Positions 9,333 to 19,135 are shown, counted from the stretch's first letter. The stretch is 64,000 bases of DNA from a virus (IMGVR_UViG_2778261689_000001:38553-102552), one strand, 5' to 3'. Notes: a model not told the origin generated them from the sequence alone. Program-made: numbers and translations.

Positions 9333-9755
9333 ATGTCATTCTTTTCTACGTTAAAAACAGCTTTGTCTTTGAAGGAGAAACTTGCTGCTACTGGTGTTCT
9401 TGTTCTGATTTGCGCACTTGTTGGTGCCGGGTTTGCATGGGAACGTCATCAGCTAAAGCAAGCCTTGGATAAAATTGGCAGTCTTGATCAGGCTGTTAAG
9501 GAACGTGATAAGTCAATAATGGATCTTAACCAGACCATTGAGACGATGAACAAAGCAGATCAACATTTTCACAGCCAGGAAGTGAAAAATGAATCAGAAC
9601 AAGCCAAATATGCTGACAGGCAAATGGAACGAAAAGCTGAAGTTCAGAAACAACTGGTTGCGGCGGGTAATGTTCGCCAGCGCATTCCTGCTGACACTCA
9701 GCGGTTGCTCTGGGAGTCGATCAGCGAATTTAACGCCGACGCCGACAAAGGTTAA
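9333..9755 (+). CDS. Membrane-anchored coiled-coil protein (hypothetical)
   Basis: ATG at 9333 after AGGAGGAAG; N-terminal TM segment ATGVLVLICALVGAGFAW followed by a charged helical region. Confidence 0.5.
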   Translation: MSFFSTLKTALSLKEKLAATGVLVLICALVGAGFAWERHQLKQALDKIGSLDQAVKERDKSIMDLNQTIETMNKADQHFHSQEVKNESEQAKYADRQMERKAEVQKQLVAAGNVRQRIPADTQRLLWESISEFNADADKG

Positions 9756-9921
9756 CCACCCTGCCCCCAAAAGTGCATTTATGTGCAGAATGCCAGAGTT
9801 TAGCAGTGAATATTTTGATGATCTGCCAGCGTATATCCTCGATACAGAAACGATGCTGATGGGGATTAACAGGAAGAATCGCAACGTTAATGATTACAAC
9901 CGCGCTATCAGCGGTAACTAA
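9670..9921 (+). CDS. Small lipoprotein (lipobox LTLSGC; position of P1 mlp)
   Basis: Signal peptide MFASAFLLTLSGC with a lipobox Cys; different frame from, and overlapping the 3' end of, the preceding ORF; start may lie slightly upstream. Confidence 0.4.
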   Translation: MFASAFLLTLSGCSGSRSANLTPTPTKVNHPAPKSAFMCRMPEFSSEYFDDLPAYILDTETMLMGINRKNRNVNDYNRAISGN

Positions 9922-9932
9922 AAGGGATTTTT

Positions 9933-10325
9933 ATGTCTGATAAAGTAACAGTAAAGCAAACTATCAACAAAGCGACTTCAATCTACAAAATTGAGCACAT
10001 CACTGTTGGCAAGCCAGGATCTGAACAATACCGTCATGCTTTCGAGCTTGCCGATCAGCTTGGTTTAAAACACCCAGATTGCATCGAGCATGTATTTCCG
10101 ACCTATGCTGATGAGCAATGTACTCATGTTCTTACCGAAGAGGATTTTTTCAGCACTGAAGAACGAGAAGGCGTTGATCGTTGCATTGGTGTGATTTGCT
10201 CTTCAGTGAGTTATGAGTTATTCCCTAATGTTCATGAAAATGGTGGTATTGGATACCAATTCCTGTACGAAGGCGATGAGCTTAAATGTTATGAACATGG
10301 TCTTCTTATCGAAAGCGTAGAATAA
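9933..10325 (+). CDS. Hypothetical protein upstream of the plasmid origin (position of P1 upfA)
   Basis: 130-aa ORF with RBS; followed by a hairpin ccggctatgttggccgg plus T-run (about 10341-10362). Confidence 0.5.
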   Translation: MSDKVTVKQTINKATSIYKIEHITVGKPGSEQYRHAFELADQLGLKHPDCIEHVFPTYADEQCTHVLTEEDFFSTEEREGVDRCIGVICSSVSYELFPNVHENGGIGYQFLYEGDELKCYEHGLLIESVE

Positions 10326-10365
10326 TACCCTTCCTTCCAACCGGCTATGTTGGCCGGTTTTTCAC

Positions 10366-10445
10366 TTATCCACATTATCCACTGGGTAGATCCAATAATT
10401 AGGTCCATACAGATCCCAATTAGATCCATATAGATCCCTGATCGT
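10366..10445. other. Plasmid origin core (oriR-type): tandem DnaA boxes plus GATC-containing heptamer repeats
   Basis: ttatccaca (10366-10374) and ttatccact (10375-10383); five GATC sites within about 55 bp (agatcca, agatccc, agatcca, agatccc, gatcg). Confidence 0.65.
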
Positions 10446-10482
10446 TGCAGGCCGCGCCACGTCTGGCTTAGAAGTGTATCGC

Positions 10483-10586
10483 GATGTGTGCTGGAGGGAA
10501 AACGATGTGTGCTGGCGGGATAAAAATGTGTGCTGACGGGTTGCTAATGTGTGCTGGCGGGATATAGGATGTGTGCTGACGGGAAA
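10483..10586. repeat. incC iteron array: five 19-bp RepA-binding iterons upstream of repA
   Basis: gatgtgtgctggagggaaa, gatgtgtgctggcgggata, aatgtgtgctgacgggttg, aatgtgtgctggcgggata, gatgtgtgctgacgggaaa at a 21-22 bp period. Confidence 0.85.
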
Positions 10587-10642
10587 GCCTGGGTAGTTAT
10601 CACCACTTATAAAAGCTATCCACATAATTCGGAAAAAGTAAT

Positions 10643-11503
10643 ATGAATCAATCTTTTATCTCCGATATTCTTTACGCAGACATTGAAAGTAAGGCAAAAG
10701 AACTAACAGTTAATTCAAACAACACTGTGCAGCCTGTAGCGTTGATGCGCTTGGGGGTATTCGTGCCGAAGCCATCAAAGAGCAAAGGAGAAAGTAAAGA
10801 GATTGATGCCACCAAAGCGTTTTCCCAGCTGGAGATAGCTAAAGCCGAGGGTTACGATGATATTAAAATCACCGGTCCTCGACTCGATATGGATACTGAT
10901 TTCAAAACGTGGATCGGTGTCATCTACGCGTTCAGCAAATACGGCTTGTCCTCAAACACCATCCAGTTATCGTTTCAGGAATTCGCTAAAGCCTGTGGTT
11001 TCCCCTCAAAACGTCTGGATGCGAAACTGCGTTTAACCATTCATGAATCACTTGGACGCTTGCGTAACAAGGGTATCGCTTTTAAGCGCGGAAAAGATGC
11101 TAAAGGCGGCTATCAGACTGGTCTGCTGAAGGTCGGACGTTTTGATGCTGACCTTGATCTGATAGAGCTGGAGGCTGATTCGAAGCTGTGGGAGCTGTTC
11201 CAGCTTGATTATCGCGTTCTGTTGCAACACCACGCCTTGCGTGCCCTTCCGAAGAAAGAAGCTGCACAAGCCATTTACACTTTCATCGAAAGCCTTCCGC
11301 AGAACCCGTTGCCGCTATCGTTCGCGCGAATCCGTGAGCGCCTGGCTTTGCAGTCAGCTGTTGGCGAGCAAAACCGTATCATTAAGAAAGCGATAGAACA
11401 GCTTAAAACAATCGGCTATCTCGACTGTTCAATTGAGAAGAAAGGCCGGGAAAGTTTTGTAATCGTCCATTCTCGCAATCCAAAGCTGAAACTCCCCGAA
11501 TAA
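10643..11503 (+). CDS. repA: Plasmid replication initiator RepA (P1 RepA-type, iteron-binding)
   Basis: 286 aa, the same length as P1 RepA; flanked by iteron arrays on both sides, the classic P1 R-replicon layout. Confidence 0.95.
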   Translation: MNQSFISDILYADIESKAKELTVNSNNTVQPVALMRLGVFVPKPSKSKGESKEIDATKAFSQLEIAKAEGYDDIKITGPRLDMDTDFKTWIGVIYAFSKYGLSSNTIQLSFQEFAKACGFPSKRLDAKLRLTIHESLGRLRNKGIAFKRGKDAKGGYQTGLLKVGRFDADLDLIELEADSKLWELFQLDYRVLLQHHALRALPKKEAAQAIYTFIESLPQNPLPLSFARIRERLALQSAVGEQNRIIKKAIEQLKTIGYLDCSIEKKGRESFVIVHSRNPKLKLPE

Positions 11504-11800
11504 GTGTGTGCTGGAGGGCAGCTGCATTCAAAAAATGTGTGCTGCCGGGAAGGCTTGTCCAATTTCCCGTTTTTGATGTGCGCTGGAGGGGGACGCCCCG
11601 CAGTTTGCTCAGACTTTCCCTCCAGCACACATCTGTCCATCCGTTTTTCCCTCCAGTGCACATGTAATTCTCTGTCTTTCCCTCCAGCACACATATTTGA
11701 TACCAGCGATCCCTCCACAGCACATAATTCAATGCGACTTCCCTCTATCGCACATTCTGGTCCTGCATCATCCCTCCAGCACACATCTAATAGCCTCATC
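11504..11800. repeat. incA iteron array: nine iterons (copy-number control locus)
   Basis: Three copies in the direct orientation (gtgtgctggaggg type) followed by six in the inverse orientation (ccctccagcacaca type), immediately after the repA stop. Confidence 0.85.
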
Positions 11801-11896
11801 GCCATTTCTTTACGTGCAATAATTGACGCACGAATCAAAAAAAGTTGCACGTAGCAGAATCAAACGTACAATTCACTCATACGAAATGATAAGGAG

Positions 11897-13108
11897 ATGA
11901 TGATGAAACGCGATTACGGCGGTGTCGGCACCATAGCTCTTCGTGCAAGCGCATTACTTAAGGCCATGAGTCAGGATATTGAAGATCAGCGCAAAGAGTT
12001 CAATCAGACCGAGTATTATCAGACGTTCACTCGTAACGCTGTGGCAAAGTTGCCGAAGCTGAGCCGCCGCATTGTGGAGCAGGCCATCAAAGAGATGGAA
12101 GATGATGGGTACCAGTTCAACAAGAAACAGGTCGGTAACGTTGAACAGTACGCGCTGACCATCCAGAACGTCATTGATATCTATGCCCACCGTAAGATCC
12201 CCAAATATCGCGACATTCACAAATCGCCTTACGTTATTTTTGTCGTAAACCTGAAGGGTGGCGTATCCAAAACGGTTTCCACAGTCACGTTGGCGCACGC
12301 TCTGCGTGTGCATCAGGATTTACTGCGTCACGATCTGCGCATTCTGGTAATTGACCTTGACCCTCAGGCATCCAGCACAATGTTCCTCGACCATACTCAC
12401 AGTATTGGTTCCATCCTGGAAACCGCCGCGCAGGCGATGCTGAACGACCTGGACGCGGAGACGCTACGCAAAGAGGTGATTCGTCCGACCATCGTTCCTG
12501 GCGTAGACGTGATTCCAGCCTCTATCGACGATGGCTTTGTTGCCAGCCAATGGAAAGAGCTGGTTGAAGAGCATCTTCCCGGACAAAATCAGTACGAAAT
12601 CCTTCGACGCAATATCATTGATCGTGTTGCGGATGATTATGACTTTATCTTTATTGATACCGGTCCACACCTGGATCCGTTCCTGCTCAACGGTCTGGCG
12701 GCCAGCGATTTGCTGCTTACCCCTACCCCACCAGCCCAGGTTGACTTCCACTCAACACTGAAATATCTCACCCGTCTGCCAGAAATGCTGGAGCAACTGG
12801 AGGAGGAAGGCGTAGAACCGCGTTTGAGCGCCAGCATTGGTTTTATGTCGAAGATGACCGGCAAGCGCGATCACGAGACATCACACAGCCTTGCGCGTGA
12901 GGTTTACGCCAGCAACATTCTGGACTCTTCTCTGCCTCGTCTGGATGGCTTTGAGCGATGCGGCGAGTCTTTCGACACCGTAATCAGTGCCAACCCGCAA
13001 TCGTATCCAGGCAGTGCAGAGGCGCTGAAGAAGGCACGAACCGAGGCCGAGCGTTTCACTAAGGCTGTGTTTGATCGAATTGAGTTTGTTAGGGGTGAGG
13101 CGGCATGA
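11897..13108 (+). CDS. parA: Partition ATPase ParA (type Ia, P1/P7 family, diverged)
   Basis: Deviant Walker A NLKGGVSKTVSTV; DLDPQ motif; C-terminus GFERCGESFDTVISANP and AVFDRIEF conserved with P1 ParA; N-terminal third diverged. Confidence 0.9.
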   Translation: MMMKRDYGGVGTIALRASALLKAMSQDIEDQRKEFNQTEYYQTFTRNAVAKLPKLSRRIVEQAIKEMEDDGYQFNKKQVGNVEQYALTIQNVIDIYAHRKIPKYRDIHKSPYVIFVVNLKGGVSKTVSTVTLAHALRVHQDLLRHDLRILVIDLDPQASSTMFLDHTHSIGSILETAAQAMLNDLDAETLRKEVIRPTIVPGVDVIPASIDDGFVASQWKELVEEHLPGQNQYEILRRNIIDRVADDYDFIFIDTGPHLDPFLLNGLAASDLLLTPTPPAQVDFHSTLKYLTRLPEMLEQLEEEGVEPRLSASIGFMSKMTGKRDHETSHSLAREVYASNILDSSLPRLDGFERCGESFDTVISANPQSYPGSAEALKKARTEAERFTKAVFDRIEFVRGEAA

Positions 13109-14070
13109 AAAAAATAGTTTCCCGTGGACGAGTGCTGGGCAAGAATAGCTCCGAGTTTGCTCGCATGCTTGAAGGCAGTGAAGGCACCAAAACCTTTACC
13201 CTAAAATCTGGCCGCCAGGCTAAATTCTTGCTTACCGTCGTGCTGAGTGGTGAGATTGAGTCGCGCACGTTCGTTGACCCGGCAGTTAACGGCCGCGATC
13301 AGTCTCTGCTCACCCCTGAGTCGGTAAGCGATATTTCCCGCACCATTAAATTGCAACAGTTCTTCCCGGCTATCGGTCGTATGGTTGGGGAGCGCATTGA
13401 GGTATTGGACGGATCGCGTCGCCGTGCTGCGTGTATCTTCAATGAAACGAAATTTGAGATTCTGGTGACGAAAGATGAGATCAGCCTGGCGGATGCCCGC
13501 CAGCTGGCCATTGATATCCAGACAGCCCGCGAACACACTCTGCGCGAGCTGGGTAAACGCTTCGAGGTTATGTACGGTAAGAATATGACCAAAGAAGAGA
13601 TCGCCCGAGCTGAGAACATCTCAAAGGCTAAAGTGACGCGAGCTTTCCAGGCTGCCGCAGTGCCGGATGAGATGATTGCTGTCTTCCCCGTAGCCAGCGA
13701 GCTCGCCCTTCCAGATTACCAGTTACTGCTCCAGATCGCCGAGGATGCTAACGCTAAAAGCGTGCCGATTGAAGAGCTGGTTGATACGGTGCGCGAACGA
13801 ATTGCAGAGACTGAGGGCGCGAAAGAGGATAAAGCGAAGATACTGGCTATCTTCAAAGCGGAAAGCAAAAGCCTGAAGCCCGCGCCGGTTAAATCTGTGG
13901 TGGTTGAGAAGCTGCGAGACTTCTCTGACCGTCGCCAATATGCCCGAAAGAAGTCCGATCCGAAAAAACGGGTTGTCGCCTACGAGTTCTCCAGACTCCC
14001 GTCTGAAGTGCAAACTGAAATTGACGAAGCAATAAAAAAAATCATTGGGAAAATGTCTGCTGGGGAATAA
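13105..14070 (+). CDS. parB: Partition protein ParB (centromere-binding)
   Basis: 4-bp overlap with parA; ParB-box region VLDGSRRRAA and the AKVTRA helix-turn-helix segment are conserved with P1 ParB. Confidence 0.9.
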   Translation: MKKIVSRGRVLGKNSSEFARMLEGSEGTKTFTLKSGRQAKFLLTVVLSGEIESRTFVDPAVNGRDQSLLTPESVSDISRTIKLQQFFPAIGRMVGERIEVLDGSRRRAACIFNETKFEILVTKDEISLADARQLAIDIQTAREHTLRELGKRFEVMYGKNMTKEEIARAENISKAKVTRAFQAAAVPDEMIAVFPVASELALPDYQLLLQIAEDANAKSVPIEELVDTVRERIAETEGAKEDKAKILAIFKAESKSLKPAPVKSVVVEKLRDFSDRRQYARKKSDPKKRVVAYEFSRLPSEVQTEIDEAIKKIIGKMSAGE

Positions 14071-14109
14071 TCCCGCTGGTGGGAGGCGGCTTTAGCCCCC
14101 TCCCCTGTC

Positions 14110-14205
14110 TAAAATGTCCCGCGTCTATTTCATGTATAAACATATGATATATATAGATATTCATGAAAAATTTCAGACTGAAATTCCCACGGTTTCACGC
14201 CTGTT
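14110..14205. other. Partition site parS (centromere), P1-like architecture with a variant Box B
   Basis: AT-rich IHF-like core (tataaacatatgatatatatagatatt) flanked by Box-A heptamers; 17-bp palindrome aatttcagactgaaatt (14169-14185) followed by tcccac-ggtttcac where P1 has tcgcca. Confidence 0.6.
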
Positions 14206-14263
14206 TTACTTGCCCCCCTCCCCCGCACAAAAAATTTAAAAAATTACTTTTAGCGAGAAAGTC

Positions 14264-14285
14264 AACAAGTGACTTTCAATAAAAT
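14264..14285 (+). promoter_or_regulatory. Late-promoter motif (aacaagtgact-N5-taaaat) upstream of the head/tail gene block
   Basis: Same box-N5-minus10 arrangement recurs at 33502, 49830, 53573 (minus) and in weaker form at 40207 and 63135 (minus); a second box-like palindrome cacacaagtgccttgtg lies at 14304-14320. Confidence 0.45.
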
Positions 14286-14336
14286 CTCTTCCGAAAAGGG
14301 ATTCACACAAGTGCCTTGTGTTTAAGGAAGAGTAAA

Positions 14337-16043
14337 TTGAGTAACTTACGCGAATACCAGAATCGTATTGCAGATATCGCAAAACGCTCTAAAGCTGTGC
14401 TTGGCTGGGCAAGCACTGCGCAGTTCGGTACTGATAACCAATTCATTAAAGATGATGCCGCGCGTGCCGCATCTATCCTTGAAGCTGCACGTAAAGACCC
14501 GGTTTTTGCGGGTATCTCTGATAATGCCACCGCTCAAATCGCTACAGCGTGGGCAAGTGCACTGGCTGACTACGCCGCAGCACATAAATCTATGCCGCGT
14601 CCGGAAATTCTGGCCTCCTGCCACCAGACGCTGGAAAACTGCCTGATTGAGTCCACCCGCAATAGCATGGATGCCACTAATAAAGCGATGCTGGAATCCG
14701 TCGCAGCAGAGATGATGAGCGTTTCTGACGGTGTTATGCGTCTGCCTTTATTCCTCGCGATGATCCTGCCTGTTCAGTTGGGGGCAGCTACCGCTGATGC
14801 GTGTACCTTCATTCCGGTTACGCGTGACCAGTCCGACATCTATGAAGTCTTTAACGTGGCAGGTTCCTCTTTTGGTTCTTATGCTGCTGGTGATGTTCTG
14901 GACATGCAATCCGTCGGTGTGTACAGCCAGTTACGTCGCCGCTATGTGCTGGTGACAAGCTCCGATGGCACCAGCAAAACCGCAACCTTCAAGATGGAAG
15001 ACTTCGAAGGCCAGAATGTACCAATCCGAAAAGGTCGTACTAACATCTACGTTAACCGTATTAAGTCTGTTGTTGATAACGGTTCCGGCAGCCTACTTCA
15101 CTCGTTTACTAATGCTGCTGGTGAGCAAATCACTGTTACCTGCTCTCTGAACTACAACATTGGTCAGATTGCCCTGTCGTTCTCCAAAGCGCCGGATAAA
15201 GGCACTGAGATCGCAATTGAGACGGAAATCAATATTGAAGCCGCTCCTGAGCTGATCCCGCTGATCAACCACGAAATGAAGAAATACACCCTGTTCCCAA
15301 GCCAGTTCGTTATCGCGGCTGAGCACACGGTACAGGCGGCGTATGAAGCACAGCGTGAATTTGGTCTGGACCTGGGTTCCCTACAGTTCCGCACCCTGAA
15401 AGAATACCTGTCCCATGAACAGGATATGTTGCGTCTCCGCATCATGATCTGGCGTACTCTTGCGACCGACACCTTTGACATCGCTCTGCCGGTTAACCAG
15501 TCCTTTGATGTATGGGCAACCATCATTCGTGGCAAATTCCAGACTGTATATCGCGACATTATTGAGCGCGTTAAATCTTCTGGTGCGATGGGGATGTTTG
15601 CTGGTGCTGATGCAGCATCTTTCTTCAAACAGTTGCCGAAGGATTTCTTCCAGCCAGCCGAAGACTATATCCAGACTCCGTATGTTCACTACATCGGTAC
15701 CCTGTTCGGTAACGTGAAAGTGTACGAAGTACCTGCTGGTATTTGTAAGAACTTAACGACAGAGAACATTCAGTTCAGCTCGATGGATGTGCTGTGCTAC
15801 GTCCGTGATGAAAATCCGGGTAAAGCAGGCTTCGTGACTGGTGATGCTGTCCCGGCCATCCCGTTCCAGCATCCGACCACTCCGGCGCTGGTCAACCGTA
15901 CCACGCTGTGGGGTTCGGCTATCAACGATATGCACCCACGCAACGGCGCTGATTACTTCACTCGTGTAACGCTGACAATGGCCAAAAAAGGCGGGCTTAA
16001 CTTCATTAGCGGCGACACGATTGATGCCGGTGACTCTGAGTAA
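14337..16043 (+). CDS. Virion structural protein, candidate major head protein (position of P1 gene 23 next to parS)
   Basis: Large ORF directly behind the late-promoter motif; AAGGAAG RBS then TTG at 14337 (ORF track begins at 14316). Function assigned by synteny only. Confidence 0.5.
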   Translation: MSNLREYQNRIADIAKRSKAVLGWASTAQFGTDNQFIKDDAARAASILEAARKDPVFAGISDNATAQIATAWASALADYAAAHKSMPRPEILASCHQTLENCLIESTRNSMDATNKAMLESVAAEMMSVSDGVMRLPLFLAMILPVQLGAATADACTFIPVTRDQSDIYEVFNVAGSSFGSYAAGDVLDMQSVGVYSQLRRRYVLVTSSDGTSKTATFKMEDFEGQNVPIRKGRTNIYVNRIKSVVDNGSGSLLHSFTNAAGEQITVTCSLNYNIGQIALSFSKAPDKGTEIAIETEINIEAAPELIPLINHEMKKYTLFPSQFVIAAEHTVQAAYEAQREFGLDLGSLQFRTLKEYLSHEQDMLRLRIMIWRTLATDTFDIALPVNQSFDVWATIIRGKFQTVYRDIIERVKSSGAMGMFAGADAASFFKQLPKDFFQPAEDYIQTPYVHYIGTLFGNVKVYEVPAGICKNLTTENIQFSSMDVLCYVRDENPGKAGFVTGDAVPAIPFQHPTTPALVNRTTLWGSAINDMHPRNGADYFTRVTLTMAKKGGLNFISGDTIDAGDSE

Positions 16044-16103
16044 TCAGGGGAAGTTCTCCGTTTAACATAGCGCCCCCGTGCGGGGCGCATAACAGGGAAA
16101 GTT

Positions 16104-17693
16104 ATGTCTCAATATTCAATTCAACAGTCATTAGGTAATGCATCCGGCGTCGCGGTTAGCCCGATCAATGCCGATGCGACGTTATCTACCGGTGTTGCAT
16201 TAAATAGCAGCTTGTGGGCTGGTATTGGCGTATTTGCGCGTGGCAAGCCGTTTACTGTTCTTGCGGTTACTGAGTCCAATTACGAAGATGTTCTCGGCGA
16301 ACCGCTGAAGCCGTCTTCCGGCTCACAGTTCGAACCAATTCGCCATGTGTACGAAGCTATTCAGCAAACGTCTGGTTATGTTGTCCGTGCTGTTCCGGAT
16401 GATGCGAAGTTCCCGATTATTATGTTCGATGAATCAGGCGAACCGGCTTACAGTGCGTTGCCATACGGTTCTGAAATTGAACTTGATAGCGGCGAAGCCT
16501 TTGCTATCTACGTTGATGATGGTGATCCGTGTATTTCACCTACCCGTGAGTTAACCATCGAAACGGCAACAGCGGACAGCGCGGGTAATGAACGCTTCCT
16601 CTTAAAACTGACCCAGACGACTTCGCTCGGTGTGGTAACGACCCTGGAGACACACACTGTGTCTTTGGCGGAAGAAGCGAAAGATGACATGGGCCGCTTG
16701 TGTTATCTGCCTACGGCTCTGGAAGCCCGTTCTAAATATCTGCGCGCGGTTGTTAATGAAGAGCTGATTTCGACGGCGAAAGTAACAAATAAAAAATCGT
16801 TGGCGTTCACTGGTGGTACCAACGGTGATCAGTCGAAAATATCAACAGCTGCGTACCTGCGTGCGGTGAAAGTGCTGAACAATGCGCCGTACATGTACAC
16901 CGCTGTTCTTGGCCTGGGCTGCTATGACAATGCGGCTATCACCGCATTAGGTAAAATCTGTGCAGATCGCCTTATTGATGGCTTCTTTGATGTCAAACCG
17001 ACATTAACGTACGCAGAAGCACTACCAGCTGTTGAGGATACCGGTTTACTTGGTACCGATTATGTAAGCTGTTCTGTCTATCACTACCCGTTCTCCTGCA
17101 AAGACAAATGGACCCAATCCCGTGTGGTCTTTGGTCTGTCTGGCGTGGCGTATGCGGCGAAAGCTCGTGGCGTCAAGAAAAACTCTGATGTCGGCGGTTG
17201 GCATTACTCACCGGCTGGTGAAGAACGTGCCGTCATTGCTCGTGCGTCAATTCAACCGCTGTATCCGGAAGATACCCCGGACGAAGAAGCAATGGTCAAG
17301 GGCCGTCTCAATAAAGTATCTGTTGGCACCTCTGGCCAGATGATCATCGACGATGCTTTAACTTGCTGCACGCAGGATAACTATCTGCACTTCCAGCACG
17401 TCCCATCCCTGATGAATGCAATCAGCCGTTTCTTTGTCCAGTTAGCCCGACAGATGAAGCATAGCCCGGACGGTATTACTGCGGCTGGCCTGACTAAAGG
17501 GATGACCAAACTTTTAGATCGCTTTGTCGCCTCCGGCGCTCTGGTGGCTCCTCGTGATCCTGATGCTGACGGTACAGAACCGTATGTGCTGAAAGTTACG
17601 CAGGCGGAATTCGATAAATGGGAAGTAGTCTGGGCCTGCTGCCCGACTGGCGTAGCCCGTCGTATCCAGGGCGTACCGCTGCTTATTAAGTAA
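16104..17693 (+). CDS. Virion structural protein, candidate tail sheath (by size and synteny)
   Basis: 529-aa ORF co-oriented and tightly spaced with the preceding structural gene; no diagnostic motif identified by eye. Confidence 0.45.
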   Translation: MSQYSIQQSLGNASGVAVSPINADATLSTGVALNSSLWAGIGVFARGKPFTVLAVTESNYEDVLGEPLKPSSGSQFEPIRHVYEAIQQTSGYVVRAVPDDAKFPIIMFDESGEPAYSALPYGSEIELDSGEAFAIYVDDGDPCISPTRELTIETATADSAGNERFLLKLTQTTSLGVVTTLETHTVSLAEEAKDDMGRLCYLPTALEARSKYLRAVVNEELISTAKVTNKKSLAFTGGTNGDQSKISTAAYLRAVKVLNNAPYMYTAVLGLGCYDNAAITALGKICADRLIDGFFDVKPTLTYAEALPAVEDTGLLGTDYVSCSVYHYPFSCKDKWTQSRVVFGLSGVAYAAKARGVKKNSDVGGWHYSPAGEERAVIARASIQPLYPEDTPDEEAMVKGRLNKVSVGTSGQMIIDDALTCCTQDNYLHFQHVPSLMNAISRFFVQLARQMKHSPDGITAAGLTKGMTKLLDRFVASGALVAPRDPDADGTEPYVLKVTQAEFDKWEVVWACCPTGVARRIQGVPLLIK

Positions 17694-17702
17694 GGGAATA
17701 CA

Positions 17703-18518
17703 ATGAGCAAAAACTTTTTTCAATCCGGGGCATTTTTGGGGAATGGACTGTCTCGTTTCGCTTTGAACTCTGATCCTGTGCAGCTGATGGAGTCTGTCCG
17801 AGCAAGCGCCGAACCGCCAACAGATCCGGTTATTAATAATAATCCGGAACCGGCGGCACAGACTAACGATAACGTTCCATCTGCCCCGGCTCCTGAGCAA
17901 ATCCTGGAAGGGAAAGACGGTAAAGAATGGACCGTCGAACAGGCGCACCAGATGATTCTAGAAGCTGCAAATCGAAGTGCTATGCAGAATGCGTTGAGTG
18001 ATGCGGCCGACGCCGTTTTCGCCTGGGCTGATAGCGGTGATCTGACTTTCGACTCCCTTGATGGTTTCGTTCAGGCTATCGCTGGTATCTCTGATGACGA
18101 CGACTCCGAAGTTACAGAAGAACAGGACGATGCCTATAACGAAGCATGGGCAAATGTTGCTGACTTCCTCGCAGCATGCGGTGTAGATGATGACCTGATC
18201 GAAGCACTGGCTGACGATGAAGACGACGACGCAGCTGCTGATGTTGGTGCCTCTATCGCTGGTTTAGATAGCGACGACCGCGACGAACTGGAAGCGGCGT
18301 TTGTTGTTGCTGGCACTTCTGATGAAATGCTGACTGAAGCATTTAAGAAGGTTGTTCGTAACGGTGAGATCAAACTCATCCGTAAACGCCTGCGGAAAAA
18401 ACGTCTGACTGCGGCTCAAAAATCGGCGCTGAAAAAAGCGCGTCGAAAAGCCCAGACCGGCGCGGCAAAACTTGCCCGCAAAAAGTCAATGAAACTGCGC
18501 CGTAAGCGCCTTGGCTAA
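17703..18518 (+). CDS. Bipolar protein: highly acidic body (D/E-rich) with a strongly basic K/R-rich C-terminal tail
   Basis: 271 aa; DDDDSEVTEEQDD and ADDEDDDAAADV acidic runs; last about 45 aa KLIRKRLRKKRLTAAQKSALKKARRKAQTGAAKLARKKSMKLRRKRLG. Confidence 0.5.
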   Translation: MSKNFFQSGAFLGNGLSRFALNSDPVQLMESVRASAEPPTDPVINNNPEPAAQTNDNVPSAPAPEQILEGKDGKEWTVEQAHQMILEAANRSAMQNALSDAADAVFAWADSGDLTFDSLDGFVQAIAGISDDDDSEVTEEQDDAYNEAWANVADFLAACGVDDDLIEALADDEDDDAAADVGASIAGLDSDDRDELEAAFVVAGTSDEMLTEAFKKVVRNGEIKLIRKRLRKKRLTAAQKSALKKARRKAQTGAAKLARKKSMKLRRKRLG

Positions 18519-18553
18519 AGGAGGAGGCCGGAGAACTCCGGCCTTTAACTTGA

Positions 18554-19135
18554 ATGGCACCTATTCCTTATGGGGTTTACAGCCAGGCTGACGGTGTATC
18601 GCCATATCTGAAAGTTACTTTAACGAACTCTCAGTACCAGGTTACCGGATATATCAGCCAGGGAGCGGCAATGAACATGGCCCAGAATTGGGAAGCGCCG
18701 TTTACCGGTATGTCCATGGGATCTGTTGCTGGTGCCTTCAGTGGTTTTGCGCAGGTTGGTACTGAAACAACGTCGGTTGCCCGTTGGAACAGCTTAATGG
18801 TTTGGGAAGGGGGAACACCGCCGACTTTCACGCTGCCAGTAACTTTCATCGCTTTGTTTGACCCATTCACGGAGGTTTCAGGAGCTATCGCCGCATTGTC
18901 AGCGATGATTAGCCCGGAACTTAAAGATGCCAGTATTGGTGGTCGAATCCCGGAGCGTGTGACGCTAAACATTGGTCGCCGGATCAACATCATTGATGTC
19001 GCTATCCAGGACATAAGTTTCGATCTCGATGCGCCCAGGGACAGCAATGGGCATTTCCTGAAAAACACCGTCAACCTCCAGTTGACCGGTTCTTCGATAT
19101 ATAACAGCTCCGATATTGTTCGGGCGTTCCAGTAA
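18554..19135 (+). CDS. Virion structural protein, candidate tail tube (by size and synteny)
   Basis: 193-aa ORF within the late structural block. Confidence 0.45.
   Translation: MAPIPYGVYSQADGVSPYLKVTLTNSQYQVTGYISQGAAMNMAQNWEAPFTGMSMGSVAGAFSGFAQVGTETTSVARWNSLMVWEGGTPPTFTLPVTFIALFDPFTEVSGAIAALSAMISPELKDASIGGRIPERVTLNIGRRINIIDVAIQDISFDLDAPRDSNGHFLKNTVNLQLTGSSIYNSSDIVRAFQ

Noticed and set aside
10483-11800. Iteron arrays considered as a possible CRISPR array
   Set aside because: Repeats are 19 bp with 2-3 bp spacers, flank repA on both sides, and match the P1 iteron consensus; no cas genes are present.
14965-15689. ORFs nested in or antisense to the candidate head gene (14965..15150, 15093..15326, 15164..15628, 15381..15689)
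   Set aside because: They overlap a long, well-framed late gene and lack start signals; most likely spurious.
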